Origin: Octopus bimaculoides
Lineage: Eukaryota
Direction: 5' to 3'
Assembly (NCBI RefSeq): GCF_001194135.2
Contig: NC_069006.1
Span: forward strand, 23,910,281-23,957,520
Length of the DNA: 47,240 nucleotides
Below, piece after piece: positions 25,120 to 36,553 of the stretch. How positions within the stretch are numbered: the first letter of the stretch is position 1; every line of letters begins with the position of its first letter. The notes under the pieces are model-generated. The model was given only the letters and a program-made list of their open reading frames with translations. It ran no database searches and was not told the origin of the DNA. The position numbers were made by a program, and so were the translations under genes.

Positions 25120-26194
25120 ATGTATATGTAAATGTGGGCAAGTAATACATGCGTGTGTGTGTGTAGTTATGCATGCATACGTCTATGTATATGTGGGGAA
25201 AGCAGTTTTTCTGCATTTCTGTATGTGTATAAACATGTATGCACACACACACACATAGGTATGTCTAAGTGATGCCTAGACATCTATGTGCGTGTGTGTG
25301 TACGCATCTATGTGTGTGTGTGCATGCAGTTGCAGACAAATGTATCGGCTCCGACCGACCTCATGCTGCGTAAATGCAGTGTGCATGTACTTGATAATTT
25401 GCTAATTGAATTTCAAATGAAGAACAGAATAAACAAACAAACAAAATAAATGGCTCGAAGGGGGTTTTCTTTCATTCTTCCTTTTCTTTATTTCATCTTG
25501 ACTCTTCTTTCTGGAGAAAAGTATTCCAAGACTTTGGCCGAGACAAACAGGCAGACAGAAGACAGAATTCGGTGCCCAGTTGCCGCCGGAGATTGCCAGC
25601 AGCCTTTGTTTCCAGGAGGAAATATCTACCATGTAAAAGCAACCGGAAATGGCAGTTTTGAAACTGGTTAAACTTCAAAGAAAGGAATCGTTTCACTGAA
25701 CTTTGGTCTAACATGTCATGGTGAAATGGCCAATGGATTGGACTACATTAAATTAACAGCCAGCCTATGGAGTGGAAGTTCATGAGTTCAAATCTTAAAG
25801 ACAATAAGTAAAAGACATGTACGACAGGAATGGAAACAATGTGAGAAATGATAAGGGAATGCTACAACTGACTTTAATGCTGAGGAAATTAATTAAATTA
25901 ATTGCTGTAAAGCATTGCATTAATTAATTAATTAATGATCTTTTTTTTTTTTCTATTGGTGTAATATCCTAAAGTCAAATGGTAAATGGCAGGTGGCAGT
26001 GAAGTGACAGCAGACTTTTGCAGTAATTAGATTCTGTCCCATCTATATTCCAGATTGGCCACCCACCACTGTTTTTCCATCCCTTTGTGTTTGATGAAAT
26101 ATGTAGGTAGTACCAGTAATACATTAGGGGAAAAGAATGACTTGGCCAACAATAAATGACTGTGTTGCTATTAAAAAACCCCAAAAAAAAACCC

Positions 26195-26545
26195 ATGCAG
26201 GTGTAGCTGTGTGGTAAGAAGTTTGCTCCCCAACCACATGGCTCTGGGTTCAGTTTCATTGCATGGCACCTTGTCGAAGCATCTTCAAAGCCTTGTGAGT
26301 GGACCTAGTAGACAGAAACTGAAAGAAGACTGCGTTTGTGTTTATATAGTGTCTCTGTCCCCAGTACCGCTCAACAACCGGTGTTGGTGTGTTTACGTCC
26401 TTGTAATTTAGCAGTTCAGCAAAAGTGACCGACAGAATAAGTACCAGGCTTAACATTAAGTACTGGGGTCAATCCATTAGACTAAAAATTCTTCAAGGTG
26501 GTGCCACAGCATGGTCACAACCTAAAGGCTGAAACAATTAAAATA
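26195..26545 (+). mobile_element. SINE family A, near full length
   Basis: Same head, body and tail motifs as the 3291 and 15745 copies. Confidence 0.85.
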
Positions 26546-26604
26546 TAATCCAATTGGAGAGCAGAGGATCAATCTTTTCGTTACCATATTTCCATTTAAA
26601 CACA

Positions 26605-27075
26605 CAGCCTTTGTTTCAAATTTTGGCACAAGGCCAGCAATTTGGGGGGGTTGGGGTTACTTGATTACAGCGACCTCAGTTATGGGTGTGACAGAGAAAA
26701 GTTAGCACAGTGGAAAGTGGCAGATACTCTTACTGTTATTGAGGGTTTTAAAAAGAGAAAACCAAACGGAATATGAGAGGGAAAACAAAAAACCTACCAG
26801 AAACACACACACAAACAAACAAAATGAAACAAAGACAATAAGCTCAACGATATAGATGGGTTCCAAATTTTGGTACAAGGCCAGGAATTTCAGGGGAGGG
26901 GCTAAAGGGAACATGTTGGCCCCAGTGTTCAACTGGTATTTATTTTATTGACCCTCAAAAGGATGAAAGGCAAAGTCGACTTCATCGGAAAGGAACACAA
27001 ACTCAGAGTGTAAAATGTTGGAAGAAATGCCAGTAAGCATTCTCTCTGACATGCTAATGATTCTGTGACTCTGCC
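26605..27075 (-). mobile_element. SINE family B: tail fragment (26605-26690) plus full copy (26855-27075)
   Basis: TTCAAATTTTGGCACAAGGCCAGCAATTT occurs twice. The second copy continues GGATGAAAGGCAAAGTCGAC...AACTCAGA...TAAGCATT...GCTAATGATTCTG. Confidence 0.82.
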
Positions 27076-27434
27076 AAGCAAATTAACACAGTCGGTTTAA
27101 TTATTAAAGCTGTCTGCATGAGAGACAAAGAAACATTTGTTAAATATTTCAGCAGCTGTACCAGGCTCATCGGACATAAACACTCAAACAAAACACAGAG
27201 ACATGCACACACTTACACAGCCACACACACACACACACACACATATGGCAGACAAGTCAACAAGGGAGCCTTTAGGTGGTCGCCTGATGTGCTCGAAATA
27301 ACTACCAAATTCCTTCAAATCATACCCTACCATCTAAAAATATATACACTTTTACTCATTTCAACCATGTGGCTGTCGTCATGCTGGAGCCCCACCATGG
27401 TAAGTATTAAGGTCTCACCGAGATATATATTTTA

Positions 27435-27570
27435 TAGGTGCAGGCATGGCTATGTGTTAAGAAGCTTGCTTTCCAACCACATGGTTCCACGTTCAGTCTC
27501 ACTGCATTGCACCTTCTGCAAGTGTCTTCTACTATAGATTTGGTAGACAGAAACTGAAAGAAGCCCGTCA
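27435..27570 (+). mobile_element. SINE family A, 5' part with internal deletion
   Basis: GGTGCAGGCATGGCTATGTGTTAAGAAGCTTGCTTTCCAACCACATGG...GATTTGGTAGACAGAAACTGAAAGAAGCCCGTC. Confidence 0.8.
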
Positions 27571-27616
27571 TATATATATATATATATATATGTAGGAAAA
27601 TAAAAAATAATAAGGC

Positions 27617-28261
27617 AGAATGCTAAACTGAAAGCATATTTTAATATAAATGTGTATAAGGAGGATTAAAAAGGATTTCTAACCGGATTTCATTGCATGG
27701 CAAATTTTCAAGAAGAGGGAGAATGAAAATATTTTTTACAAAAAAAAAAATAAATAAATATACCAATACATTATATTGTTTTTGAGCTTTTAAAGTTTAA
27801 TGGTAATCCATGTAGATGATTGTTAGAAAGATTAGGGTGCATGAGATTAAGAATCGTGTTGTGTTTAAAAAAGGCTGAGAGTNNNNNNNNNNAAACAGTA
27901 TAAAACCCACAGAATTGTCTTCCCTTACACACACTTCCTGTTTTGACACCACACTTCCTGCTTAACACAAACTTTCAGCCTCTTTTTTTTAAAACACAAC
28001 TCTTAATCCCATGCATCTTTCTAACAATCTTTCTAACGATTATCTCCATGGATTACCTTTGAACTTTAAAACCTCAAAGACAATGGAATGTATTAGTATA
28101 TTTTTTTTTTTTTATATATCATTTAAAAAAATTTTTTTGTAAAAAACATTTTCATTCTCCCTCTTCTTGAAAATTTGCCATGCAATGAAAGCCGGTTAGA
28201 AATCCTTTTTAATCTTCCTTATACACATCTATATTAAAATACGCTTTCAGTTTAGCATTCT
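27617..28261. mobile_element. Foldback element with long (~265-290 bp) inverted arms
   Basis: The left arm AGAATGCTAAACTGAAAGCATATTTTAATATAAATGTGTATAAGG... is the reverse complement of the right arm ending ...GCTTTCAGTTTAGCATTCT. Arms are nearly identical outside and more diverged inside; there is a 10-N gap at 27883-27892. Confidence 0.85.
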
Positions 28262-28699
28262 AACAAATTTATTGCTGATAAATTTTAAAATCTTATGTGG
28301 ACCTCCGAGTGTCATATGGACCCTAATTGAGAATTACAGATCTATGGGCTCCTTCACTATGACCCACGTGACATAACTGATGCCACAGACACACTGGTTG
28401 CAGTCTAGTGTGGTGGTTGTCAAGTTTTAACAACAATGGAAGAAGTTCAGTATCATTAAATGTTGCCTCTGTAGAAAACAAAGGGTTTCTTTATAATGAG
28501 AAGCAAAATATGAGGTTTGTATAAACGGGGGTGACAGATGGGGGTCAACAATAGAAAAAGCAATAGTTGAATAAATCTTTTTACCCTTTTTGTTTGTGTG
28601 TTTATAGCTCAAAAGAACAGGTCTCATGACCCCTTTTTAGAGGTTTCCTGTCTGATGGGAGGAAGGGGAAGAAGTCATCTACAGACTGGCAATTTAAAA

Positions 28700-29062
28700 T
28701 AATAATTATTTAAAATTTTTGCCACAAGGGCAGCTTGGTGGAGGTGGAGAAGAGTCTATTAGATCAACCCCAGAGTTGAACTGGTAGCCATTTTATCAAC
28801 CCTGAAAGGATGAAAGGCAAAATCGACCATGGCAGAATAATAATAATCCTTTCTACTAAAAGCACAAAGCCTGCAATTTGGCGGGGAGGGGACTAATTGA
28901 TTACATCAACCCCAGAATTTCAGTGCTATTTAATTTATCAACCCGAAAAGCATGTAAGGCAAAGTTGACCTTGGTGGAATTTGAACTCAGAACGCAGCGA
29001 CAGGCGAAATACCGCTAAGCATTTTGCCCAGCATGCTAACGATTCTGCCAGTTTGCTGCCTT
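28700..29062 (-). mobile_element. SINE family B, two tandem copies
   Basis: GAAAGGATGAAAGGCAAAATCGACC at ~28805 and AAGGCAAAGTTGACCTTGGTGGAATTTGAACTCAG at ~28960, separated by AATAATAATAATCCTTTCTAC. Confidence 0.85.
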
Positions 29063-29470
29063 AATAATAATGAGCTTATTGCATACAGTTCTCAGGTGCA
29101 CTACAACTTGTGGAAAAGGGTAAAAGAAAGGACAGAAAGGGCAAAAGAGGTGGACAAGTAAAGAAAGAGGGGAATGAGATTCAAAAGCACCTGAACAATA
29201 AAAGGTAAGACAGAGAAATGAGCATTAAACGAACCAATAAACGAAAAGGGTCCATAGGTACATTAGGAGTAATGTTGGTGAACTTCAGGAAGCATGGAAT
29301 TTCAGGACACATTTGTGTCCTGACAACAACTGATGCGGATAGTTTATTTCACGCTTCAACAATTCTCAGTGTGAAAAGATAAATTCTTGAAAGAGTGTAT
29401 TCTGCTGTCAAAAGGTATGGCTATAAGTTGTTTAGTGCAGGATAGCTTGAACGAGGTACCACATGAACTA
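29060..29470 (-). mobile_element. Degenerate CR1/L2-group LINE 3' end
   Basis: The minus strand around 29330-29390 reads LFTLRIVEA*NKLSASVV, matching the CR1-type terminal motif FFxxRVVxxWNxLPxxVV with one stop. It is followed by a 3'UTR-like segment ending in an (ATT)n-type tail near 29065. Confidence 0.65.
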
Positions 29471-29569
29471 GTTTTTTTAAATCTATGAAAGAATGTCCAT
29501 TAATTCCAAGACTTAAAATCAGAGACTCTCAAGTTCCAAGTGGTAATATCACCTCTAATGATGTATCAT

Positions 29570-30060
29570 TTAGCTCTTTTGCTACCATGTTTCTGTTGAA
29601 AGACTTTTATTTCAATTACTTTTGGAAATAATGAAGAATTTAGGAAAATAATTTTGTCATAATTAAGCTGGTGTTTGGAACAGATTAATTTGAAAATTTG
29701 ATGGAAGGTTTGTGGGAGTGACGTGGGCCAGAAGTATAGAGTCGGTGATGTTATGCAAACGGCTGGGGGGGGGGGCTTGTTAGGAGAGAAGAATGAGGGA
29801 GCTCATGCGAGTGACGGATGACTAGCATGGGTCTCTCTTGCTTCAGGGCCGTCACTCAGGACAGATATGGTGGCTGTGGGGGTTGGAAGAATTTGTGGTT
29901 AGGTTCCGGCCAGAGGTTAGACAGGGAGGGCATCTATCGATATATTCAAGCTGGAAAGGAGCAGCGTTACAAGAGGACCCGCAATGTAGGAGAATTATAC
30001 TTTTTTTTCGATACCAGAAGGTTTAAATTTAGGTCACTTTAAACTAGGAAGTCAGCATCT
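29570..30060. mobile_element. piggyBac-like MITE P1 interrupted by a 305-bp insertion
   Basis: MITE sequence stops at GATGGAAGGTTT (29711) and resumes at GAAGGTTTAAATTTAGGTCACTTTAAA (30017), colinear with the uninterrupted 33 kb copy. Confidence 0.75.
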
Positions 30061-30789
30061 TAGAAGTGGGAGTGTTTTCAGGTGAGTTAGTATCAAATAT
30101 CTAAGTAGCAGTTTAGTCAGTGTTTAGTTCTGATTCAGCAGACCAATGAATAAATATGTGTTAGTCATATTTTCATGGTCTATCTCAGACTACATAAACC
30201 AATGTCTATCCTTTTATTGAACAGACTTAAATAATACATTCAACTAAAAATTCAAGGCAGAGCCCCAGCGTGGCCACAGTCAGAAGGCAGAAACAAGTAA
30301 AAGACATGCAGTTCTCTCTCTCTCTCTCTCTAAAATAACTAGTTGGTCGCCCCCTCTCATATTCCAGTTTCTGTCTATCAGAATATCTTCCAAGTTGTTT
30401 TGATTCAAAATAATTGGGAAGAAAGCTGAAATAATTTATATTTTGGTTTTTAAAAAGAAAAAAAAAAAAACGTTTTTTTTTTTATTATTTTCCATATTTT
30501 ACTCCATCTCAACGGAGACCAAGTAAATCTTCAGATTTACATATCAGCATGAATTGCTGAAAACAAAATGTTTTTGCAGCTGGATGCCCCTCCTGTGGCT
30601 ACAACTGAAGGCCAATCAAGCCTACGAAGAGGTGGAGCTTCTACATGAGCATGCAGCGTGCTAGAAATAGCAGCCCAATTTCAGTTAAATGACACTAAAC
30701 TTAACTATAATATTTCAATAGAAAACGGGATGGTCATTTCTGGAACATCTTTGACCATAGGCCTGCAGAATCATTGCTGATCTAGGACC

Positions 30790-30985
30790 AGATAATCCTT
30801 TCTACTAAAGACACAAGGCCTGAAATTTGTGGGGAAGGGACTAGTTGATTACATCGACCCCAGTGTTTTACTGATACTTAATTTATCAACCCCAAAATGA
30901 TGAAAGGATAAGTCGACCTTGGCAGAATTTGAACTCAGTACGTCAAGGTAGAGGAAATACCACTAAACATTTTGTCTGGCGTGCA
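30790..30985 (-). mobile_element. SINE family B
   Basis: ATAATCCTTTCTACTAAAGACACAAGGCCTGAAATT...GTCGACCTTGGCAGAATTTGAACTCAG. Confidence 0.85.
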
Positions 30986-30989
30986 AGTG

Positions 30990-31250
30990 CCACTATAGCC
31001 TTGGGCAGAGCAAAGCCTTGTGAGTGGATTTGGCAAACGGAAACTGAAAGAAACCTGCTATATGTGTGTGTATTTGTGTGTCTGTGTCCCTCCACCATCG
31101 CTTGACAACCGATGTTGGTGTTTAGGTCTCCATAACTTAGCAGTTCAGCAAAATAGACCTATAGAATAAGTAACAAGACTTACAAAGAATAAATTCTGGG
31201 GTCGATTTGTTTCACGGGGCTCAAGCATGACCACAGTCAAATGACAAACA
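30990..31250 (+). mobile_element. SINE family A, head-less copy
   Basis: CACTATAGCCTTGGGC...CCTTGTGAGTGGATTTGG...CTTGACAACCGATGTTGGTG...GATAAGTAAC...tail. Confidence 0.8.
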
Positions 31251-31254
31251 CACA

Positions 31255-31410
31255 CAATGGGCCTCTTTTAGTTTCCGTCTACCCAATCCATTCACGAGGC
31301 TATGGTTGGCCCAAGGCTATAGTAGAAGACACTTCGCCAAGGTGCCATGCAGTGAGACTGAACCTGGAACCATGTAGTCAGGAAGCAAACATCTTACCAC
31401 ACAACCATGC
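31255..31410 (-). mobile_element. SINE family A, 5' half, inverted relative to its neighbour
   Basis: TTTTAGTTTCCGTCTACCCAATCCATTCACGAGGCT...CCAAGGTGCCATGCAGTGAGACTGAACCTGGAACCATG is the reverse complement of the family head and body. Confidence 0.82.
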
Positions 31411-31804
31411 CTTCACCCATATATATACATTTTGTGTGTGTGTGAATGGCTTAAAAGTGATTCAGTGTCAGCTGGATGGAATAATGAAGGAGTGGTTGGC
31501 TGCTTGTTTCAGATGAATATATTTTGAATGAATCGATTGTAATGTTACANNNNNNNNNNNNNNNNNNNNNNNNNNNNNNNNNNNNNNNNNNNNNNNNNNN
31601 NNNNNNNNNNNNNNNNNNNNNNNNNNNNNNNNNNNNNNNNNNNNNNNNNNNNNNNNNNNNNNNNNNNNNNNNNNNNNNNNNNNNNNNNNNNNNNNNNNNN
31701 NNNNNNNNNNNNNNNNNNNNNNNNNNNNNNNNNNNNNNNNNNNNNNNNNNNNNNNNNNNNNNNNNNNNTATATATATATATATATATGTAGATAAGTGTA
31801 TAAG

Positions 31805-32162
31805 TGCAGGCGTGGCTGGGTGGTAAAAAGCTTGCTTACCAACCATGTTTCTGGGTTCAATCCCACTGCATGGCACCTTGGGCAAGTGTCCTACACTATA
31901 GCTTCAGGCCAACCAAAGTCTTCTAGGTGGATATGGTGGACAGAAACTGAAGGAAGCTTGTCTTGTGTGTCCGTCCATCACTGTTTGACAACCAGTGTTG
32001 GTGTGTTTACGTACCCATAACTTACTGGTTCGGCAAAAGAGACTGATAGAATAAGTACTAGGCTTACAAAAAAATAAGTCCTGGGATCGATTTGTTCAAC
32101 TAAAACCCTTTAAGACGGTGCTCCAGCATGGCCACAGTCAAATGACTGAAACAAGTAAAAGA
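31805..32162 (+). mobile_element. SINE family A, full length
   Basis: GTGCAGGCGTGGCTGGGTGGTAAAAAGCTTGC...GGGTTCAATCCCACTG...GCACCTTGGGCAAGTG...GGTGCTCCAGCATGGCCACAGTCAAATGACTGAAACAAGTAAAAG. Confidence 0.9.
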
Positions 32163-32333
32163 ATATATACACATATATGTGTGTGTGTGTGCGTGTGGTA
32201 TTCTAATAAGCACCCAGATGTAGGATTACTGTTAACTGACATGGAAGTCCGCTAGAGCAGAACCTGGGAACTGTTGACACTATGTGCCTTACTAGTACAT
32301 GTTGTGAGTCAATAGAAAAGTCTTGATAGCAGA

Positions 32334-32367
<34 letters not shown>

Positions 32368-32694
32368 AGTCCTATGAGTCAAAGGTCAACAATGCAAAGA
32401 ATCGTTTTGTTGCAACACTTTCTTGAGTGCAATGTCGCTAAATTTGGTTCAGTAAAGTTTTGAACCGCTGAAGCAAAGAGAGTATTATTTAGGTTCCGAC
32501 AAGGAAGGTGTGAGTGTAGACCCAGATATCTTGAGGGTGAGAGGAGTGTCACTGCCATGATTACCAAGCCCAAGAAAACAATTCTATACCAGATTGGTTA
32601 AATGCATGAAGGAAGTCCAAGACTGAGAAATGGATAGATGCATAGCGACATAGCTAGAGAGTTGAATGATCTCCCTTGCAAGAAAGGTCACAGA

Positions 32695-32965
32695 GTAACC
32701 AAATCCACTCACAAGGCTTTGGTCAGCCTAAGGCTATAGAAGCAGACACTTGCCCAAGGTACCACATAGTGGGACTGAACCCAGAACCAGGTGGTTGGGA
32801 AGCAAGCTTCTTCCCACACAGCCACACCTGCGCAATATACTTTAACACTCTTTACAACACGGCTGTGCGATTAAGAAGCTCGTTTCACAGCCATGGGGTT
32901 TCATGGTCAGTCCTACTGTGTGGCACCTTCAAGGTGGTGTCCCAGCATGGCCACATTCCAATGAC
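32695..32965. mobile_element. Two divergent SINE family A fragments (minus 32695-32830; plus, internally deleted, 32860-32965)
   Basis: The reverse-complement head AAATCCACTCACAAGGC...GGGACTGAACCC...AGCTTCTT is followed by a forward head GGCTGTGCGATTAAGAAGCT joined directly to the tail. Confidence 0.75.
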
Positions 32966-32992
32966 ATGATAATAAACTAAAATGTCTGACTA

Positions 32993-33237
32993 CTAAACCC
33001 TTCTGTTACGATATTTCTGTTGTACTGCACTGCTTTTGTTCCAGATAATTACAAAAATAATGAAAGGTTTATTAAAATACCTTCGTTATAATTAAGCTGG
33101 TGTTTGGAACATGAATTAACAAGAAATTTCAATGGAAGCTTTTTCAATTTAGATCACTTCAAAACAAGCTTTGCTGCATAAAGCCAGGGCGAGGGGGGGG
33201 AGGGCACTATCAGGCAGGTTGATATCAAAGGGGTTAA
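32993..33237. mobile_element. piggyBac-like MITE family P1, complete copy
   Basis: Left CTAAACCCTTCTGTTAC; right GATATCAAAGGGGTTAA. TTAA-CCCTT ends are the piggyBac signature. The internal ATTAAGCTGGTGTTTGGAACA is shared with 5620-5775, 29570-30060 and 18208-18345 (inverted). Other pieces at 12540-12638 and 16320-16420. Confidence 0.75.
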
Positions 33238-34119
33238 AAAACAAAAGATCTTGACATTTGAACAAATTCTTCTGTAAATGGAAAGGGCGAGTTTTAAAAA
33301 AATATTAAAAACAAAAAAAACTTGACTATGCTTCTTGTTATTTACAGTAAAAATAAATAAATAAAAAAGGTTTACAGTGGAATCAGCAACAAACAGCATG
33401 ACCAATGAGCAAGCACTTAAATCAGTAAAAGACTTTGTCAGGAGCTGATAAAGAAAGTTTTTTTCAGAGATCTTTGACATAGTTCTTTAAATAGCCACAG
33501 CATAAAAGAGGAAGGTTAGAGAGAGAGAGAGAGAGAAAGAGGGGGTGGTTGTGGTGGTAGTGGTGATGGGAACTGAGAATATAGGTTGTTTGCTAGCTTA
33601 ACTTTTAAATACTAGGTAAATAAAATATCTATGTACATATATATATCACGTGTATGTATAAATTTAGCCCATGTTTGTAATGGCAAGCAAGCCTATGGCC
33701 ACGCCATTCTAGCACGAGTTCAGTGAGCCGTTGATAAGATTTCAACAGTGAAGCAGTTGAAAGAAAAAAAACACATCTTAGAACTACTCACAACTGTCAG
33801 TTGGGTTACACTTTCTGTACACGGTTCCTGATTATTTTAGAACATTCCAGAAATTATTTTAAAAAATATATTTTTTTAAATTTTTACTTTTTACTTGATT
33901 TAGTCTTTGGTTTGTGGCCATGCTACGGTACCACCTTGAATGGTTTTAGTTGAATAGATCAACTTCGGTACTTTTCCATTTTTTTTTTTTAAAGTCTGGT
34001 ACTTATTCTATCAGTCTCTTTTGCTGACCCACCAATTCAAGGGGATGTAAACGAACCAATACAGGCTGTCAAGTAGTGGGGAGGGGTAAACACAGATACA
34101 AAGAAAAACACACACACAT

Positions 34120-34250
34120 ACACACATGACACAAGATTTTGTACAGTTTCCAGCTACCAAACCCACCCACGAGGGATTGGTTGGCCTGGGGCTATAACAG
34201 ATACTTGCCCAAGGTGTCACACAGTGGAACTAAACCTGGGACCATGAACT
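34120..34250 (-). mobile_element. SINE family A, 5' half
   Basis: CAGTTTCCAGCTACCAAACCCACCCACGAGG...ACTTGCCCAAGGTGTCACACAGTGGAACTAAACCTGGGACCATG. Confidence 0.75.
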
Positions 34251-34379
34251 GAACTGTCATGTTTATTGAAGTGCTGGAACCAATTTTTGTCGCTACTCCG
34301 AGTCCCTGTTGAAGACGATTGTTAGAGCAGCAGAATGGTATTTCATTGGAATGCTGGACAAAATGCCCTGCAAAAATCA

Positions 34380-34465
34380 AGAAATCTGCTTGAGGTGGAA
34401 GTAGATATGTCTTCCAAAAAGGAACTAGACATCCTCTTGTCCACAATGCCGGATGACCCAACAGC
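34380..34465 (+). mobile_element. Short degenerate LINE ORF2 C-terminal fragment (CR1/L2-group-like)
   Basis: Translates EVEVDM/SSKKELDILLSTMPDDPT, similar to the recalled LINE terminal motif VDxFKxxLDxxLxxVPDEP with a small indel. Confidence 0.45.
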
Positions 34466-34469
34466 CCGG

Positions 34470-34665
34470 CACAAGGCCTGAGATTTGGAGCAGGGGATAG
34501 TTTATATCACACTGACCCCAGTATGCAACTGGTGCTTATTTTGTTGACCCTGAAAGAATAACAGGCAAAGCTAACCTCAGAGGGATTTGAACTCAGAACA
34601 TGATGAATGAAATGCTGGTAAGCATTTTGCCCAACATGCCAGCATTTCTGCCAGTTCGCCACCTT
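34470..34665 (-). mobile_element. SINE family B
   Basis: GGCACAAGGCCTGAGATTT...GACCCCAGTATGCAACTGG...GGATTTGAACTCAG...GCCAGTTCGCCACCTTA. Confidence 0.83.
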
Positions 34666-35104
34666 AAAATATGGAAAATATTAACAAGCGTTGGTGAATT
34701 GGTGACTAAGATGGTTCAGATGTCGGATGTTAGGCAAACAGTAAATCTGTTGAACTGATAAAAGTCTTGATGGAGTTTCGAGAACGGAAGAAATGAATGT
34801 AAATATTAACATTTTGCAGCGAGAGAGAGAGATTAGAGAGATTAGCATTATAGAAGAAATAGGATATTCACAACCAAATAACAGAATATATTGATATAAA
34901 TAAACAGAATCACAGTTATGGTCTGGTCTGGTGGTTATTAGAACAGATAAAGAAGGCCTCCTCGCCCATCAGCCAACCATTCCCATCGTTGCTGATATTA
35001 TAAATTCTTTATACATGTTCCAAACATATCTAAACTGCAGAAGCATACAAAACAAAACCAACTTCTAGCAAACTTTCAACACTACCAGTGCTTCATAATG
35101 ACAA

Positions 35105-35912
35105 TTATGGTTTTAGGTTCTGGCACTAGGCCAGCAATTTTGGGAGAGGGGAGGGGGTTGAGTCAATTACATCGAACCCAGTACTCAACTGGTACTTTAT
35201 CGACCCTGGAAGGATGAAAGGCAAAGTCAACCTCGGTGGAATTTGAACTTAGAATATAGCGATCCGGGAGAATTGGCTGTCAGGCATTTTGTCTGACATG
35301 CTAAGAATTCTGCTAGCTTGCTGCCTTTGGTAATAATGGTTTCAAATTTTGGAACAAGGCCGGTAATTTCAGGGTATGTCAATTACACTGACCCCCCAGG
35401 GATCAGCTGGTATTTATTTTATTGATCCTGGAAGGATGAAAGGCAAAGTTGACCTCAGCAGAATTTGAACCGAGGGTGTAAAGAGCCGGGAGAAATGATG
35501 CTAAGCATTTTGTCCGGCCTGCTAATGGTTCGGCCAACTTGCCACCTTCATGATAATTCTTTCTAAGCCTGGTTCAAGGCCGGCAATGTGGAGAGAAGGC
35601 AGATGACTGCATCAACCCTGAAAGGATGAAATACAAGAGTTGGCCTTGAACTCAGAAATTTAAAGAATTGGAAGAAATACCACCAAAACATTTTGTTTTG
35701 CTAATAATAATAATAATCCTTTCTATTATAGGCACCAAGCCTGAAAGAAGGGGCAAGCCGATTACACTGACCTCATTACATCAACCCAGTGCTTTATTTC
35801 GTGGACCCTGAATTGGTGAAAAGCAAAGCTGATTTCCAGCAGGAAATGCACTCAAAACGTGAAAAACTGGGAGAAATGATCCTAAGCAATTCTTTTGCTA
35901 GCTCACCACCAT
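35105..35912 (-). mobile_element. SINE family B, array of four head-to-tail copies
   Basis: Units at about 35110-35327, 35335-35548, 35555-35700 (deleted) and 35712-35912. Each has a xxCAAGGCC tail motif and a GGATGAAAGGCAAAG / TTTGAACT core. Confidence 0.87.
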
Positions 35913-36513
35913 AATAATAATAATAATAATAATATGTAAAATGAAAAGGAAAAAATGAAACGAACTTCTGTTTACTTATTTCCAAAAGCTGACAAATCAG
36001 GGCCGTTAATAAATTTACACAGCTGCCGCCTGTACAAGTCTGGGAGAATTGATGCAAAACTATGAGAACTGAAGAGTTAAAAAAATCCTATTTGAAAGGC
36101 TACTGATTCCGTTCTTTAAGGTAGTATGTATGCTACATACACGGAATGGAAGGAACCGCACCGCCACACACACACACGCGCAGCAATACCATCGTCTATG
36201 TGCCTTTCTCATTCCGTCTCCAGCTGGTTCCTGTAACAGGACACCCGAATGGCAGGTAGAGCTGTGGAAAGGAAAGAAAGCCAGCTGGAAATGATTAAGT
36301 TCCATGGAGTTTGGCGAGGGTGGGGAGGGGAAAGGAAGAGGAGGATGGGAGTGAGAAGAAACGATTCTTGGATTAAAACAAAAATATGCATCTTGCATAT
36401 ACAGTTGTTTACGTCTTGTCTGTCGTCATTGTCTCGTCAATTTTTCGCCTCCTGCACAATCAGATGAGGAATTTTAAGTCGAATCATTCACATCCATCCA
36501 TTGTTTGCCATGC

Positions 36514-36553
<40 letters not shown>

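Noticed and set aside
25402-25714. Overlapping short ORFs in a GC-richer patch
   Set aside because: No recognisable motif and no convincing splice-site pair.
32490-32535. EGF-like mini-exon FRQGRCECRPRYLEG
   Set aside because: Poor pyrimidine tract and only two cysteines; probably chance.
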